Assembly (NCBI GenBank): GCA_964016885.1
Contig: OZ024740.1
Span: 257,300,001 to 257,364,000, forward strand
Origin: Eledone cirrhosa
Lineage: Eukaryota
Direction of reading: 5' to 3'
Length of the DNA: 64,000 bases
Under the pieces are notes generated by a model that saw nothing but the letters and a program-made list of their open reading frames with translations, was not told the DNA's origin and searched no databases. Made by a program: the position numbers and the translations under genes. This document shows positions 41,434 to 56,900 of the stretch, in pieces. Position 1 is the first letter of the stretch, and each line of letters begins with the position of its first letter.

Positions 41434-41464
<31 letters not shown>

Positions 41465-41469
<5 letters not shown>

Positions 41470-41750
41470 GGTAAACTGAAATAACAACAGAATAGGTACT
41501 GTATATTGAAGGAATATATTAGTTTAACGCTTGAAATAGCAGGAAGAGGGTCTTAACGTTTCCGATGCTAGTCCATCATCAGAAGAAAGAATGAGAAATT
41601 AGAAAGATTGAAGGGACGGGCAAAGTGGAATAGGAAAAAATGTTTTTAGGGTAAAATAACACGCCCATTCATGTTGCCATCTTTTGGAAAACTGTTTATG
41701 CTGGTGATTCATGTATGATATACTTTTTTTTAGAAAAGTGGATGATGAAG
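41465..41750 (-). mobile_element. Neptune-like pLTR with HHR motif, same family as 2080-2360 (tail fragment also at 19195-19253)
   Basis: Minus strand reads TCTT-CTGATGA-TGGACTAGCATCG-GAAA-CGTT-AAGA at 41551-41586. Confidence 0.8.
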
Positions 41751-41862
41751 CTAGATTTTCAAATTGGATTTTCACTCTGAAACTGTATCTCCAACCGGAA
41801 TTTACCTGAACTTACACCAGGAAATCATTTCGTATCACTGATATTTCTTTTTGCTTCTTTCA

Positions 41863-41949
<87 letters not shown>

Positions 41950-41994
41950 TTGTTTTGTTTCAAAAAATCACTTACACTATATATATATATATAT

Positions 41995-42026
<32 letters not shown>

Positions 42027-42261
42027 GCACCATCACTCTTGCTTACATACACATATACATATATTCATATATATGTGTGTGTGAGTGTGAGTAACCAGAG
42101 TCACATGCGTATGTATGTATATGTGTCTGTAACCACAAGCACATGCGCATAAATGTATAAGTGTGTGTAAGCAAGGGTGTTTGCATATATATTGCATATA
42201 TGTATATATGCACGGGTGTTTGCTTATGAATGTATATCTATTTGTACATACGTATGGTGGC

Positions 42262-42307
<46 letters not shown>

Positions 42308-42469
42308 GTATATGTATGTAGATTGAAGGAGAGCGCCTTCATAATGACGTGTTGAAGAAATATGTAGGATTATGCCTGAATAATTATATTATATGCAGGC
42401 GTGTAAATATATATATATATATATATATATTCACGTGTGCAAATATGTTGTGTACATGCATATCAATAA

Positions 42470-42544
<75 letters not shown>

Positions 42545-42745
42545 CATATATAGTCATAAACACATACTCTCATATCCGTCTGTATATCATCCCTTCTATT
42601 TGGCCACTTGTGCGATATTATGAGTACGAATATATACACACACATGTATATATATATGTGTGTGTGTGTGTGTGTATGTGTGAGCATGTGTGTGAGTATG
42701 TGTGTGTGAATGTCAATGTGTGTGGGGGGGGGGCGTGCTTGTGTT

Positions 42746-45035
42746 TACATATAGTGCGGAACTATGAAAGAAGTAATTCAATGCGTTGTTACTAAAATCT
42801 AAATGTAAAATTGCATTTTAAATATCTCTCCCCTACACTCATCCACTCTCACTTACATTATTTCTCTCTCCCTCTCTCTCCCCCTCTCTCTCTCTCTCTC
42901 TCTTTCTCTCGGTCTATCTATTTCTCAATTCCCCATTATCTCAATAACCCTTCAAAACGTTACCAGAAGAGACAACAGACGATTTCCTTTCTCAATGATC
43001 TACAATGTTAAAAACCTTTTCTTACCAGCACCAAAGAAAAATAAGCACTAGCAGATTATCTCTATATATTTTGTATGTGTATTTCCCTTATCAGTGAATT
43101 TCGCTGAATATGGGTTCAAATTTCTGTAGACCTTGTAAGATATTTGTCAGGGTGACCTAACGCAGAGGAATGGTCATGTTTTTTGTACATCTAAATTAGG
43201 AATCCTATTTTATATCTCTTCATATATCACTCAAAGTCATGTCGAATATAGGTGAAATAATTCATGTTAAATTGTGGATGTATCTTTAAAAGTCGTTAGA
43301 ACGTCAAATATAACGCTATATGATACGATGATGGGAAGATTAAGATCTGAATTCGAATTCAGCTGTGATCATCTTCACATTACAGGTGTACGGACGATAT
43401 GATGAGTAATTATAGATATGTTGAAATTAACTTCTTGTAAATATATCGAAACCTACCACTAGCCTGGGTAGGTCATAAGTGACCTTCTCCAGTCATTTGC
43501 TTCAGAAATGTTACTTCAGGGGGCTATGAAAGCAACGCATGAGAGTTGGAACTCCGAAACGCTACTACTTAAATAGTACACCACATGGACAACACATTAT
43601 TGTCTTCTACTTTAACCTCCCACTGATCAACAATATTCAGACAGGGCTCATAGCAGGCTTAATAAACATTTTGTGGTGCAGATCTTCCCACTAGGGGAGA
43701 CCCACAGTGGTTCTATGATCTTGTATTTGTAGTCGTTTGGGGCGTTTTAGCTTTGGGCGTTTTGGTTGTGTAGGGCACGATTTCTCTTTCGTGATACGTG
43801 TTGTGATTATGTTTTTGTGACATTTCTAGGCAATATGGAAGGCGCTTGGGTATTGTATAATGAGGGGGGACTCATGATTATAAGGTTGTTTAATTTATGA
43901 TTGTATGCTTGTGAGCAAGACACTTTATTTGACGATAGCCAGTCAACATTAGTTGTATCTAAATTCTTATTGGAACCACCAATAATTGAAGAATCCGAAA
44001 TAATCTACTCTGAGTGATTCCACTACTATTTCTAGCGGCATCATAAGCCTAATAATACTTGTTTCTACTTTAGGCACAAGGCCAGCAATTACCCAATGCA
44101 TTACTGGTAGTTTATTTTATCGAACTAAGCATAGTTCTAATATGTTAAGGGATTTTTTATATCGTAATATTTCTACTACGCATCGTGGTGTTTTGTTCAG
44201 CATGCTACATCGGCAAATGAAACAATAAGTATAACTTATTGTCTCTTAGCTATTGAAGAATTTAAACTCCACTGGAGAGTATTGCGGATTCTTCAATTAT
44301 TGGCGGCTCAATATGAGTTCTTCCGAAAACGGAATCATGGCAGGGAGATCTGTATATAAACGAGTTTAGATAAAATATTGTTTTTGTGTATTTGGTTTGT
44401 ACTCCCATAAAGAGAGTTTTTTTCTCGCTTAAATTTAATATATAATATTGCTTCTCTGAATGATTCCACTCATTGAGATGTTTAAATATTAAGACTAATT
44501 AACCTTTAATTAATCAATATATATATATTTTTTTTGTAGAAAATAAGTAAGTGACATAGTCACTACTTTAAAAGTCATAGCAAATGGTCTTCTAAATGCT
44601 TTTAATTACACATACGGTATATTGCCAAATATACTATACATACATTCATAAATATATATCGACAGCCGATCGTCAAATCGGACCGCGGACACAATGTTTC
44701 CGTTGGTCTTTCTAATCGCAAATCCGGGTAGAAGGAGCAACATGAAATAAAGTGTCTTGCCCAAGGACACAGTCTGGTAATCTAACTTACAACCTCACGA
44801 TTGCGAATCCAATACTCTAACCACTCAACCACGCGCCTTCACACACACACTATATATATATATGTGTGTGTATGTGTGTGTGTGTGTGCGTGTGCGTGTG
44901 TGAGTGCGTGTGCGTGTGTGTGTGTGTGTGAGAGCATTTCAATCTTATTTATTTAACTATTTATTTCTCCTAGTGTACTGCTCATTTTACCTTTTCCTAA
45001 TTGTTACCATCTCCTTATGTCATTCTCTCTCTCCC

Positions 45036-45085
<50 letters not shown>

Positions 45086-47612
45086 ATGTATACTTCCTGA
45101 TAATAAACACTAAACATCAGTAGATTATGCCAGGTAGGTGATAATAAAAGACGGAGTATTCATTTATCAAATAATTGTTTCTACTTTAGGCACAAGGCCA
45201 GCAATTATCCAGTGCATTACTGGTACTTTATTTTATCGACCCCGTAAGGATGAAAGGCAAAGTCAACCTCGGCGGGATTTGAACTCAGATCGTAAAGGGA
45301 CGTAACTATGCTGGAAAGCATGGCGTCCGACCCTCTACCGATACTGCCAATCCACCGCCCTTTATCAAATAATAGTAGTTAAGACGTGATTAAATCACCA
45401 TAATTGTTGTTATATTGTATATATTTCAGTTACATGGTTATTCATGTGATTTCGTCAGATGCTTACACAATCATTTGTGTATTTATGCAATCATTGTGAT
45501 ACGACACTGAATATATATAACAATTTCGGCGGTCAGGTGGCAATTGACATCAAGAACAAAAAAATGAAGGAACTGATAAGATCCGAATGCATAAGGAGAG
45601 TAAGAAACATGCTAAAATCACATCTAAATAGTAGGAATGTCATAAGTGCAGTAAATTCCCAAGCTGTCCATTATTAGGCACAGTGCGGGAATTCTTAAAT
45701 GGAACGTTACTGAACAAAAAGAAATGGATAGAAAGACTAGGAAGCTAATGACTACCTACTGCATATTCCACAAGAGAAGTGATTTTGATAGACTCTACTT
45801 AAAGATATCTGAAGGTGCAAGATGTCTTTTCACCGTAGAGGACTGTGTTCAGTTGGAGAATAGTAGTCTGCACTAATATGTGTCTAGAGTAGGGAGGTAA
45901 TGCTGAAAGTTGTACTGAAAAAGTAGACAATAGACCAGGGGATGTCCAAGGAGGAAGTAACAACGTAGAAGAAGAACAACTTTCATGAAAAATCCCTTCA
46001 TAGCACCTTTTTTAAGATAACAGAATTCAGAGATCCACAGGCATGGAGCTGGTTAAAAAGAGGAGACCTTTAAAAAGCTACAGAAGGAATGTTAATGGCT
46101 GCACAAGAGCAACCCCACAGTACATTACTGGTACTTTATTTTATCGACCTCTGTATGGATGAAAGGCAAAGTTAACCTTGGCGAGATTTGAACTCAGATC
46201 GTAAATAATTGTTTCTACGTTAGGCACAAGCCCAGCAATTACCCAGTGTATTACTGCGTAAATAATTGTTTCTACTTTAGGCACAAGGCCAGCAATTACC
46301 CAGTGCATTACTGGTACTTTATTTTACCAGATAAGCAACAAGTCGTAAAAAAACAGAACAGAACACAGACAAAAACAAACGCAAGAGCAAAAGAAAAACA
46401 AATTTCAAAAGTTTTGAACGCAACAACCTCTACTTCCCTCGTAGCTAAAATCAAAAACAGCAGCAGCAGCAGCAACAACAACACTAGTAACCGATGTTAC
46501 TGGCCTTGAAAAACAAAAAGGAAAAAAAAAAAAAAACTATGTCAAACATTCAAACATTACAATGTAACATGTTTATTTTTTAAAGTGTTTATCTACTTGT
46601 TTGTTGATTTATTTATGTTCGTCTACAGTGTGATGGTGCCACGCTAAAATCACCGGGGGGGGGGGGGGGGGTGATGAAATCACCGGTGGTTATGTAACCA
46701 TATATTCACCAATCCTCGATATGAGTGTTTAACTCTCGAAACTAAACAGTTCGAATAACGGTGAAAAGGAGACTGGAACGTCATGTGAAAGACTCTCGTC
46801 CAGCAAGTGCTCCCTGGCCCAACAGCAGAGATCTGGCTTTCATCCAAATACTGCTGGTGTTGGAGGAAGAAGAAGAAGGAAAGGGACAAGAACCAACTGG
46901 ACGAAAGAATTGAATAGAACTGTCATGAAATGCTACCTGAAGAGTAACCCCATTGAAAAAGGCTATAGGAAACGGATGCATAACATCTGAAACGAGAATG
47001 GTCTATTTAAATTAGATGAACAAAAATTGGCCGGGCAGGCTCGGGTAATAAGAACTAATGGATGGATAAGCGAGTTGGAACTGGAAGAACTGAGCAGAGA
47101 GATTAAGTTGGAAATGGAGAGTGGAGTATGTCAGGCAAAGGAGCCATCGGGAAATGAAGGTGTAGAGGTTGAGAGACCGGAGGAGGCATCCGAAGTAATC
47201 TGAATACTGAAATAAATAAGATATGGAACAAAGATACGGTCATTGAGGAAAGGAATGCTGACGGGCTAGGACAATATTTGGTTAACATCCTGAACTTAGT
47301 GGTAGATGAAATGAACAATGATAGTGGAAAACCTATGAACCTAAGATTTGTAGATAGGAAAAGTTAAAAGAAACAGCTAAGGTAAACAAAGTCATACCAT
47401 ACCTTGTGGCGAGGAACCCTCACCAATGCAACAATATCCTCAAAGAAACCGCAAATGCGGTGAAGAAATTACTTGGCATAAAAACGAGAGGAAACAACAA
47501 ACAAGAAAGATCAGAACCTTGGTGGAAGAAACGGCTGAATGCTCAAATCAAGGAAATGAGAAAAGACATTGGAAAGCTTGAGTCCTTACTGAATGGGAGA
47601 TTACGAAAAATA
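42746..47612 (+). repeat. Donor segment of the permuted duplication
   Basis: Sequence continues naturally on both sides; the Dong ORF reads through 47612. Confidence 0.9.
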
Positions 47613-49513
47613 GATACTAAAGATAGATTGGAAATAAAATACAAAACTAGGGGCAAAAAGCTAAATATTATCATAGAGGAACTGAAGCAACGCATTGTAG
47701 CAAAAAGTGCAAAGATTAGGCGATACGAGTGCAGAGTCAGTCAGTATAGAAAGAACCGCATGTTTGACAACAACCAGAAGATGTTGTTTGGATAGCTTGA
47801 AGGGAAAGAAAGGGGCAACGACGTGATCCCTGAGGCGGAATAGACTAAGACATTCTGGAGAGGAATATGGGAGCAGGATGTTGAACAAAATGGTCAGGCA
47901 GTGTGGATTGAAACAGTTCAAAAGGCGATTAGTAAACAGGCACACCAACAACCTGATTTGAGTATCACAGTTGAAACTCTTAAATGGCAGGCCAAAAAAC
48001 TAACCAACTGGAAATCATCAGGTGTGCAAGGGTATTGGATTAAAAACATAACATCCCTCCACCCGAAACTGACAACCATGTTCAATGACTGCTTGATGTC
48101 GGGTGAGGTACCAGAGTGGTTGACAAAAGGTACCACAGTCTTGGTAATGAAAGACCGAATCAAGGGTAATGATGTTACCAACTATAAACCTATCACATGT
48201 CTATCCGTAATGTGGAAACTGTTAACAAGCATTGTCTCTTAGGAAATCTACCATCACCTCCACACAAACAACTTGTTACCGGACGAACAGAAAGGATGCC
48301 GAATGAAGTCCCGTGGTACAAAAGACCAGCTACTTATTGATAAGATGGTAATGAGGAATTGCAAGAGGAGACACACTGGTCTTGCCATGGGATGGATAGA
48401 CTACAAAATGGCTTTCGACATTCTATTGACTATCTACAACATGTTCCACAAGAGGAGTGATGTCGATAGACTCTACTTAAAGAGATCTGATGGTGGAACA
48501 GGTCTTATCAGCATAGAGGACTGTTTTCAGATGGAGAAAAACAACCTGCATAAATACGTGACCGACAGTAGGAAGCCAATGCTCACAATTGTACTGAAGG
48601 AGAGAACAATAGACCAGGGGATGTCCAAGGAGGAAATAACAACAAGGAGGAAGAGCAACCGTCATGAAAAATCCCTTCATAGTACCTTCTTTGAGAAAAC
48701 TGAATTTAGAGATCCACAGACATGGAACTGGTTAAAAAGAGGAGACCTTAAAAAGGTACAGAAGGAATGCTAATGGCTGCGCAAGAGCAGACCCTCAAAA
48801 CGAAGTGGTTGAAACACCATATTTACAAGGAGGAGGCTAGCACACTGTGCGGGATATGTGGAGAGAGGAGACTGTGGCTCACATTGTATCTGAGTGTAAA
48901 CACCTAGCCCAGACTCACTATAAAGGCTGGAGACATGATGTGCTGGGAAGGGTGATCCTATGCAAAATAAACAATTTACCACATTCAAAGAAGTGGTATG
49001 TGCATAAGCCAGAGTCGGTGATAAAAAACGATCAGGTGAAGGTGCTATGGGATTTTAGGATACAGACGGACAAGAAATTAGAACACAATAGGCCTGACCT
49101 TGTGGTTTTGGATAAGGAAAAAAGATCGTGCCTGATTGTAGATGCAGCCTGCCCATTTGACACGAGAGTGCAAGAAAAGGAGAGGGAGAAAATTAACCAA
49201 TACCAGGACTTAAAGTGGGAGGTAAAAAGGATGTGGAACTGCCATGAAGTCAAAGTGGTCCCGATTGTCATAGGCGCACTAGATACTATCTCAAAGAGTT
49301 TCCAAGGATAGTTAAAGAAGATTAGTCCAGCCCTGCTTTTTGGAACACTTCAAGGGCATGCTTGCTGGGAACAGCAAGAACCCACTGATACGTCCTGAAT
49401 ATCTGAGGCTGCAGGTACCGGCTTGATATTCATTTCAACAAACTTTCCAGTTAAATAATATCAATGACTGAGACTCAAAGAACAATAATAATAATAATTA
49501 TAATAATAATAAT
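46680..49513 (+). mobile_element. R4/Dong-clade non-LTR retrotransposon, internally deleted, (TAA)n tail
   Basis: [78 protein letters not shown]. The RT core is missing at about 48420. Confidence 0.92.
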
Positions 49514-49582
49514 GATTTCTTTCTTTATTTATTTATTTATTATTTATTTATTTATTTATTGTTTATTTATTTTATTTATTTA

Positions 49583-52500
49583 AATAATAATAATAATGTT
49601 TTCTTTATTAACCACAAGGGTTTACATAAAGTAGACATTAAGGACAGTACAGGACAATAAAGGACGGTACAAATGGGCATTTCTGCGTGTAAAAAACAGA
49701 GGATGTAATAAAATAACAAAGAAAAATTCCCCAATAGGGGGGAGACTTCCGAGGGACATTTGTGGAGAAAGCCCATTAAAAGACCACAGTGACCCTGACC
49801 CCCAGGGCATTGCCTTCTCCCAGTTTTCCACCTTTAATTTACAGACACATACTCAGAGAAGGCCCATTCATTCGGGATATTCTTGCTTCTCTCACCCATC
49901 TTTCAACAAAATGCTGGGAACAGAGCACTTCCATCTCTACGCTGATTTTCCTTTTCAAATGAAATTTGAAAAAGTTAGAGGTAAGTACTCATCTTCAACC
50001 CTTTCAAACGTGTCCACCATACTATCTCTTTCGCCATAGCCACCAGACAGATAAAAACTACCTGCCCTTCCGGTCAGGCGGTAGCAGATGATGAACGAAA
50101 TGTACGCGTTAGCCACCTCCGCTCGACCTTTCAGGGATAGCTTCCTCTCCGCCCCTTTCTGGGTGAGAGAAGCCACCCTGCTTGCCACCACGTCCCAGTT
50201 TTTGTCCGTCTGGAGGTCCGGACCGAATCAGACACCTAGCAATTTAACCGGTCCGTCCGTCCAGCGCCCGATGACGCTGTTTGACGGCATGGACCTGCCT
50301 CTCCAGGTGCCGAGCTGCAGGCCCACTGACTTTTCCTGGTTGATCATTGCTCCTGTCACCGCTTCGTATTCTCTTAGTGTAGTGCCGATCGCCTCGATGT
50401 GTTTGGCATTCGACACCACTACGGTGACATCGTCCGCATATGCTGACACGGATCTTCCGCTTCCTAATTCGCGCGGGACGCCCCTCAACGCCTCCAGTTT
50501 GTGCAGTAATGGCTCAAGAGTCAATACGTACAAGAGGGACGAGAGAAGACATCCTTGTCGGACCGAGCGCATGATGTTGTACGGTTCTGAAAGGTGACCG
50601 TTCACTCTCACAACGGAGCAGATGTCGCGATGCCTTTGCAAAGCGCCTCGTTTAATTTTCTAACTAGTTCACGCTCTGCTCTATTTTTCTCTATTGCTAA
50701 AGCCTTACTAAACCTAATGGACGCTATTCTAATCGCTCTTTTCAGGGCAAACCACCACTTGTTGTTGACGATGGCCCCCGTCAACGCCCGCTTAACTAGT
50801 TCGCTAATCCGGTCTCTGTAGGCCTTGCGCGCTGGTAAGGACGCGTTTAGCTCCAGTGGCCGGGTCCTCGTCAATGAAGCCTATCTAAGTCAAGCACACA
50901 GATCACGAATTTTTGGTCCGTGTAGCTGACTATCTTGAATTGTGGACAGACTATGCTAGACATATATATTTCCCTACAAAATACTCTATCTAGATATGAT
51001 CTGGATGACCCTATGCGGTTTGTCCAAACCACATGGCACAATCGGGAAATCCAATCGGTACCTGTCAGACAGTTCAAAACGCCTGAGCAGGTTGGTGAGC
51101 CTTTTGCACCCTCCTCCCCTATCCGCTAATCCCACACAGTCCCAGCGTGCATCTATGATCCCGTTCTAGTCGCCCACTAACACTAAAGAGCGGGACGTTC
51201 CAAGAAAGGTCTCCAGACGCCGGAAGAAATCAGGCCGCCCTGCTCCTGTCGGGCCATAGACGGCCACTAGCCAGAAAGCTTGCCCGTCTCCGCTGGTCAC
51301 GTCCAGCACCACCAACTTACATTCTGGGTCCAGGAAGATGGCCTGTATGGCGATATCCAAAGCTCGCCGAAGAAGCACAGCAACCCCCCCCCCCGATCCA
51401 GGACGGCTGGGAAATGCGTACACATCGTAGCCGCCGATGATCGGTGCGAAGGCCCGTGCTCCGGAGATTCTGACCTCGCTGATGGCCACTACATCTATGT
51501 TTAGTGACCTGAGGTCGTTGAGTAGGTGGCCCTGCTTCCATGACGACCCCAAGCCACGCGCATTTATGCTGCCTATTCTGAGTGAGGTCATGTTGAAATG
51601 GAGATGACAAGATGGGAAAGACCACTTACCTTACTTTTCGTAGAGGAAGGATGGTTTCTCCATCCCTTTTCACTTGATCGTCTGGTGAAGGGACCGTTGA
51701 ATTGTCCCTTCGGCTGGTCGTCGGCTCTTCTAAACTGTCCGAATATACTCTCCGGTTGAGAGTCCCTCCTAGGTCTCTGAAATCACCAACTGCGTTGGGG
51801 AATTTCGTTTTAATGTTTGTGTATTGTTTCTGTGCTATTCCTACCAGTCTTATGTTCGTTGGTGTTTTGATTGGTGCTGATATTATGTAGTCGTGCTGTG
51901 AAATGTATGTGTGTTCAATTATGTAAGTCATTAGTTTCTTGTTGTGTGTATTTATTGACGTGCATTTGTTTTTCTGGGTGTGGGGTGTGGTTCTGCTATT
52001 TTCTTGTCGTTGTTGCTGGGTGTGTGTGTTTTGTTGTTGTGTTTGCGATGTTGGTGCTTTTGGTGGTGGTGTTGAAGGTGTTGTTGTTGGCGGTGGGGTT
52101 GTCGCCGGTAGTGATGGTGGTGCTAGTGTTGGTGGTGATGGTGTTGGTGGTGTTGCTGCTGTAAGTCACTTTGCAGTAGCCTTTACCCTTTTTTTATTTC
52201 TTCCCTCCCTTTTCAATGGCGACGATGCGCTGCTTCTGCGTTTGTGCCTTCTTGCGACCTTTTGCCATCCCTTTCCCACCTCACGCTCCATGTCTGATTC
52301 TGTGAGCTCGAGGAGGGGTACCACATCCACTCTTTCACTTGTTGTTGTTTGTGATGTTTGCAGTGGAGTCTCTATTTCAGCTGCAGTTGGTATTACTGTT
52401 GTATTTGTTAATACTTCCACTGCTGCTGCTGTTCTTGATTTCCGTGTCGTGGGTATGGGTGGCACATACCTATCCTTCCTGCTTGCCGCCTGTCCTGTTG

Positions 52501-53950
52501 CTGGTAGCAGTGGAACCGGTTTCGGAAGGAGGGGGGTTTTCTCCTTTCTCAGGGTCTTCTCATTGCAGAAGGCCCTGAGGTGAATCTTCGATCCACAGCG
52601 AAAGCATTTCAGGCGTTTGCCCTCAACAGTTATGGGCAGTTGAGTGCCGTTATCGAAGTCTATCACATCCGGGATAGCTTCGATGCACTCCTGGTTGGTT
52701 TGGATTAACATCTCAATGGAGGTGCCGACCCAATCTTCTCTTACTTTTTTCTGTACTTGTAGTACAGTTGTTTTGTCCTCGATTCCGACGAGGACAGACG
52801 CGGCCAGCCAAGAAGGAGCCATCCCGGGAGGGGGGGGGGGGTTACTTTGACCCTCACAATTTTTTGCCCGCAGTAGGAGGGCACCAACACCATTTCCTTG
52901 CTTCTTAGGGTCACTAAGGATTTAGCCTTTGCCTCCTGGGGTGTGGCAAAAATAACGTCTAAGGTGGCATATTTTTTGCCTCGGGTGATATGCGTTTTCC
53001 GCTGCTACACAGACCCTAAGGCTTTTTGTATTTGAGCCTCTGTGGCTCTTTCAACCCTCCAGGATTTTGTGCTTACTGTACGGTACGTGACCGTACAGTG
53101 CTGTTGGGTTTCGACAAATTTTTCCGCTGCCTTGCAGATTGCTCGGTGTCCAGTTTTTGTCACCATCTTCTTCGCTTCCTCTAATTCCTCATTTGTTATG
53201 AGGATTGTTTCCAGGTTCTTCGCGATACCTGCAAACGAGATTGGTTTTTCTTTGCTGTTGTTGTTGTTGTTGTCGTCGTCAGAGCTGCTGTTACTTTTGG
53301 TGTTGCTGCAGGTACTGCGACTACTGCCGCCGCCGCTGTTGCTGTGGTTGTTGTTGTTGTTGCTGCTGCTAATGCTGTTGTTGTTTATGCTGCTGGTGAT
53401 GCTGTTGTGGCTGCTACTGTTGTTTTCATTGTCACTGTTGCTGTTGTTATTACGGCTGCTACTGCTATTATTCCTGACGTCAGACGAATGAAATGGGTTT
53501 TCGTCTTTCCCGCACACCTGTTTCGTCGTCGTTGTCGTCGTGGAGAAATCTTGCACGCTTTGCACGAGACTTTTCTTTTCTGTCGTCGCCTGCGAAAGAG
53601 AAGGGAGGGAGAGAGACACATTTAAAGAAGGGAGGGAGAGAGACAATCTTCTCTCTGCTGTAGTGACGATTGAGGAAGAAGAAGACGGAATGAGTGGGAG
53701 TGACCTATGAAAATTCTTTTTCGTAGCCATGATGTTTTTTTTTTGTTTAAAATAAATATTGGGCACAAAACCCCCAATAAGCAGTTATTTAACCCCGAAG
53801 GGCCGAATAATGGGCAGAAAGACCCCTCTCACGAGGAGGAGGGTGTTTTTGTCTACAAGTTGGTAAAAGTTTTAAACAATTTACAATTGTTATAGCGTTC
53901 AAAATTTACAATACCTTACAGAGCCGAGCCTCTGTCAACCATAGCATTCA
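49583..53950 (-). mobile_element. Tx1 (L1-clade) element 1, both ends present, ORF2 internally deleted
   Basis: ORF1 pieces at 53766-51626 with a CFRCGSKIHLRAFC knuckle. APE MTSLRIGSINARGL; RT SVRQGCLLSSLLY, AYADD. Deletions near 50628 and 49980-50070. Confidence 0.9.
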
Positions 53951-56900
53951 ATAATAATAATAATAATGATTTCTTTATTGGCCACAAGAGCTGACATCAA
54001 GAAAAACATTACAGACGGCACAGGACGGTACAGGGCGGTACGATGTGGTTTTTGTGCGTGTAAATATTTTTATTATTTATATAAGAAAAGAAAAAAAAGA
54101 ACATAGAAACATATATATATATAAACAATAAAAATGAAAATTGAAACAATGAAAAATTCCCCAATAGGGGGGAAACCTCCGAGGGTTACTCGTGGCGAAA
54201 ACCACACAAAAGACCACGGCCACCCTGACCACCAGGGCAAGCGCCCTCTCTCAATGTGTCCATCCCTCAAACTACAGACGTATATTCAGAGCGGTCCCGT
54301 TCACTCGGACCATTCTCGCTACATTCACCCACCTTTCAACAAACTTGCTAGAAGGCATCACTTGCCTCTCCACCCTGATTTTCCTCTTCAAGTGAAACTT
54401 GAAAAAGTTAATTAGGGATTCGCCGAAGAGGAAAGTGTCTGTCTTTAACCTTTTTAACCTTGTCCACCACACAATCTCTTTCGCCATGGCCACCAGGCAG
54501 ATAAAAACCACCTGCCCTTCCTCCTCGAAGGAAGACGGCGAGACCATCTGCACAATGGACTCAGTCGAAAACCGGATCAGTCCTACACGCGAGAGCAACT
54601 GTTCGGCATAGCTCCACAAGTCAGCAATACTCCGACACTGAAAGAGTGCGTGCACGATGGTTTCGTTGCTCTGCGCGCATCTCGGACAGGCTCGGCTGAC
54701 GGCACTTCCGTGCCTGTAGAGCTTATCTCGAACAGGCAACGCTCCCCGGTAGCACTGCCAGGACAGGGATTTTTGGAAGTTATCCATAGGTCCTGCTCTA
54801 AAAGTTCTCCGGAAGAGAGCAAACAGCTGACCTTCTTCGACGCCCAGGATCTCTCCAAGAACGTCGTCGCTCTTCTCCTCCACTAGTCCTCTATAGAAAT
54901 CCGAGGTCGATGTTCCACCGATACTGGTGCCCAGCTGGCAGTGAGCAGTGAGCGCCTGGAGACATTCCAGCTTCCAAGCGCTATCCCTCGCTCTTTTCCT
55001 GACCCAGGACTGTAGCTCCGTCAAGGAAACGAGCTGTGGGAAAACGTGCCTGGCGGACGGCGACCACACCTGTTCACCGTCAAGGAAGCACCAGAGATGT
55101 CGCAGCCTCAGCGCATGTTTGCGCATCATCAGCCATGGCATGAACAGTCCTCAACGCAACGGGTGGTGACAGCAGATGGATCGTCTGACCATGGGAGCGC
55201 GTCCCTCCTGTAAAAAGCGGAAGAGGAGGCACTCCATTTTGGTGAGAGTTGGGCCGGGGCAAGGGACGACGGTGAGGCGGTAGCAGATGATGGATGCGAT
55301 GTACACATTCGCCACCTCAGCCCGGATTTCAGGGACACCTTCCTCTCGGCCCATTTCTGGGTGAGGGAGTCCACCTTGCTCGACACCTCGCTCCAGTTTT
55401 TCTTCATCTGGAGGTTCGAACCGAACCAGAACCCGAGAAATTTAACTGGTCCGTCCGTCCAACGCCCTTCGACGCTGCCGGGCGGCATGGACTTCCCTCT
55501 CCAGGTGCCGAGCTGCAAGTCCACCGACTTTTCCTGGTTCATCTTTGCTCCTGTCACCGCTTCGTATTCCTTGAGAGCGGTGCCGAGCATCTGGACGTGT
55601 CTGGTGCTCGACACCACCACGCTGACGTCGTCGGCGTAAGCCGATTCGGATTTCCCGCATCCTAGTTCTCGTGGGACGCCCCTCATCGGCCCCAGTTTGT
55701 GCAGTAACGGCTCGAGAGCCAATACGTACAAGAGGGACGAGAGGGGACAACCCTTGCGGACCGAGCGCATGATGCTGAACGGCTGCGACAGGTGACCGTT
55801 CACCCTCACAACTGAGCAGATGTCGCTGTATATTGCAGCGATCCAACCCCTGAAAACGGGCCCGAAGCCGGCTTCCTCGAGGACTGCCGCCAGGTACCGA
55901 TGGTCGACCCTATCGAATGCTTTGGATTGATCCAAGTTTATCAGGGACCCACCCGTGCCAGGTTCCTTAACCACCCTCTCTATGATGTATCCCATGAGGT
56001 GGAGGTTGACGTGTATGGATCTGTCCGGAATGGCGCATATCTGCGCCTCTCCCACCAGACCCTTGACGAAAAGCGCCAACCTCATTGCTAACACCTTGGC
56101 CAACATCTTGAACTGTGCGTTTAGCAGGGTTATGGGCCTGAAGTTATCGACAACATCTCCTTTGTTCGGGTCTTTTCTCAGCAGCGCCACCGCTCCCCGG
56201 CTCAAAAACTGCGAATGCTCCCGTTCTACCGCCAGTTGCAGTTGACGTCTGCCAAGAGGTCTCCGAACAAGTCTGGCATAAATGCATAAAGCTCGTAGGG
56301 CAGACCATCCAAGCCTGGCGATATACTCCTCGTGCAGTTAGCCATCGCTTCCCATATTTCACAGGCTGTTATTGGCTTTTCGCAACACTGTGATGCGGTC
56401 GTCGAGCGCCGAGGCTGTCCGTTGAGATATACACTGAAGTCCATACTGCGATCCGGCCCGCCGCTGCTCCCGAGCAGTTCAGTAAAGTGCTGCTGAAAAG
56501 CTTCAGACATCTGCTCGGGTTCGAGCAACCCGCGCCCGTTTTGGTCAGATAAAGACCGAATTGTGGCTTTGTTGCCACGACGCACCTCTGTCACCCGGGC
56601 CTATTGGATGGCTTTTGCTCCCTCGTGTTTCAGAGCACGCGCTCTAGCTCTGACAACGCAGCCTTCGTATTTTGCGTTGAAGAATTGGTCGAGTGCCAAT
56701 CTCGCCGCAAGCACGTCGGTTGCGAAGGCTATCCTAAACGCTTCTTCTAGCTTTCTGACTAGCTCTCCCTCTACTCTATTTTCCTCTATCAATAGTCCTT
56801 TGCTAAACCTAATCGACTCGACTTTAATTGCCCATTTCAGGGCGAACCACCATCTGTTGTTGACGACCGCTCCCGTCAACACCCGCTTAACTAATACGCT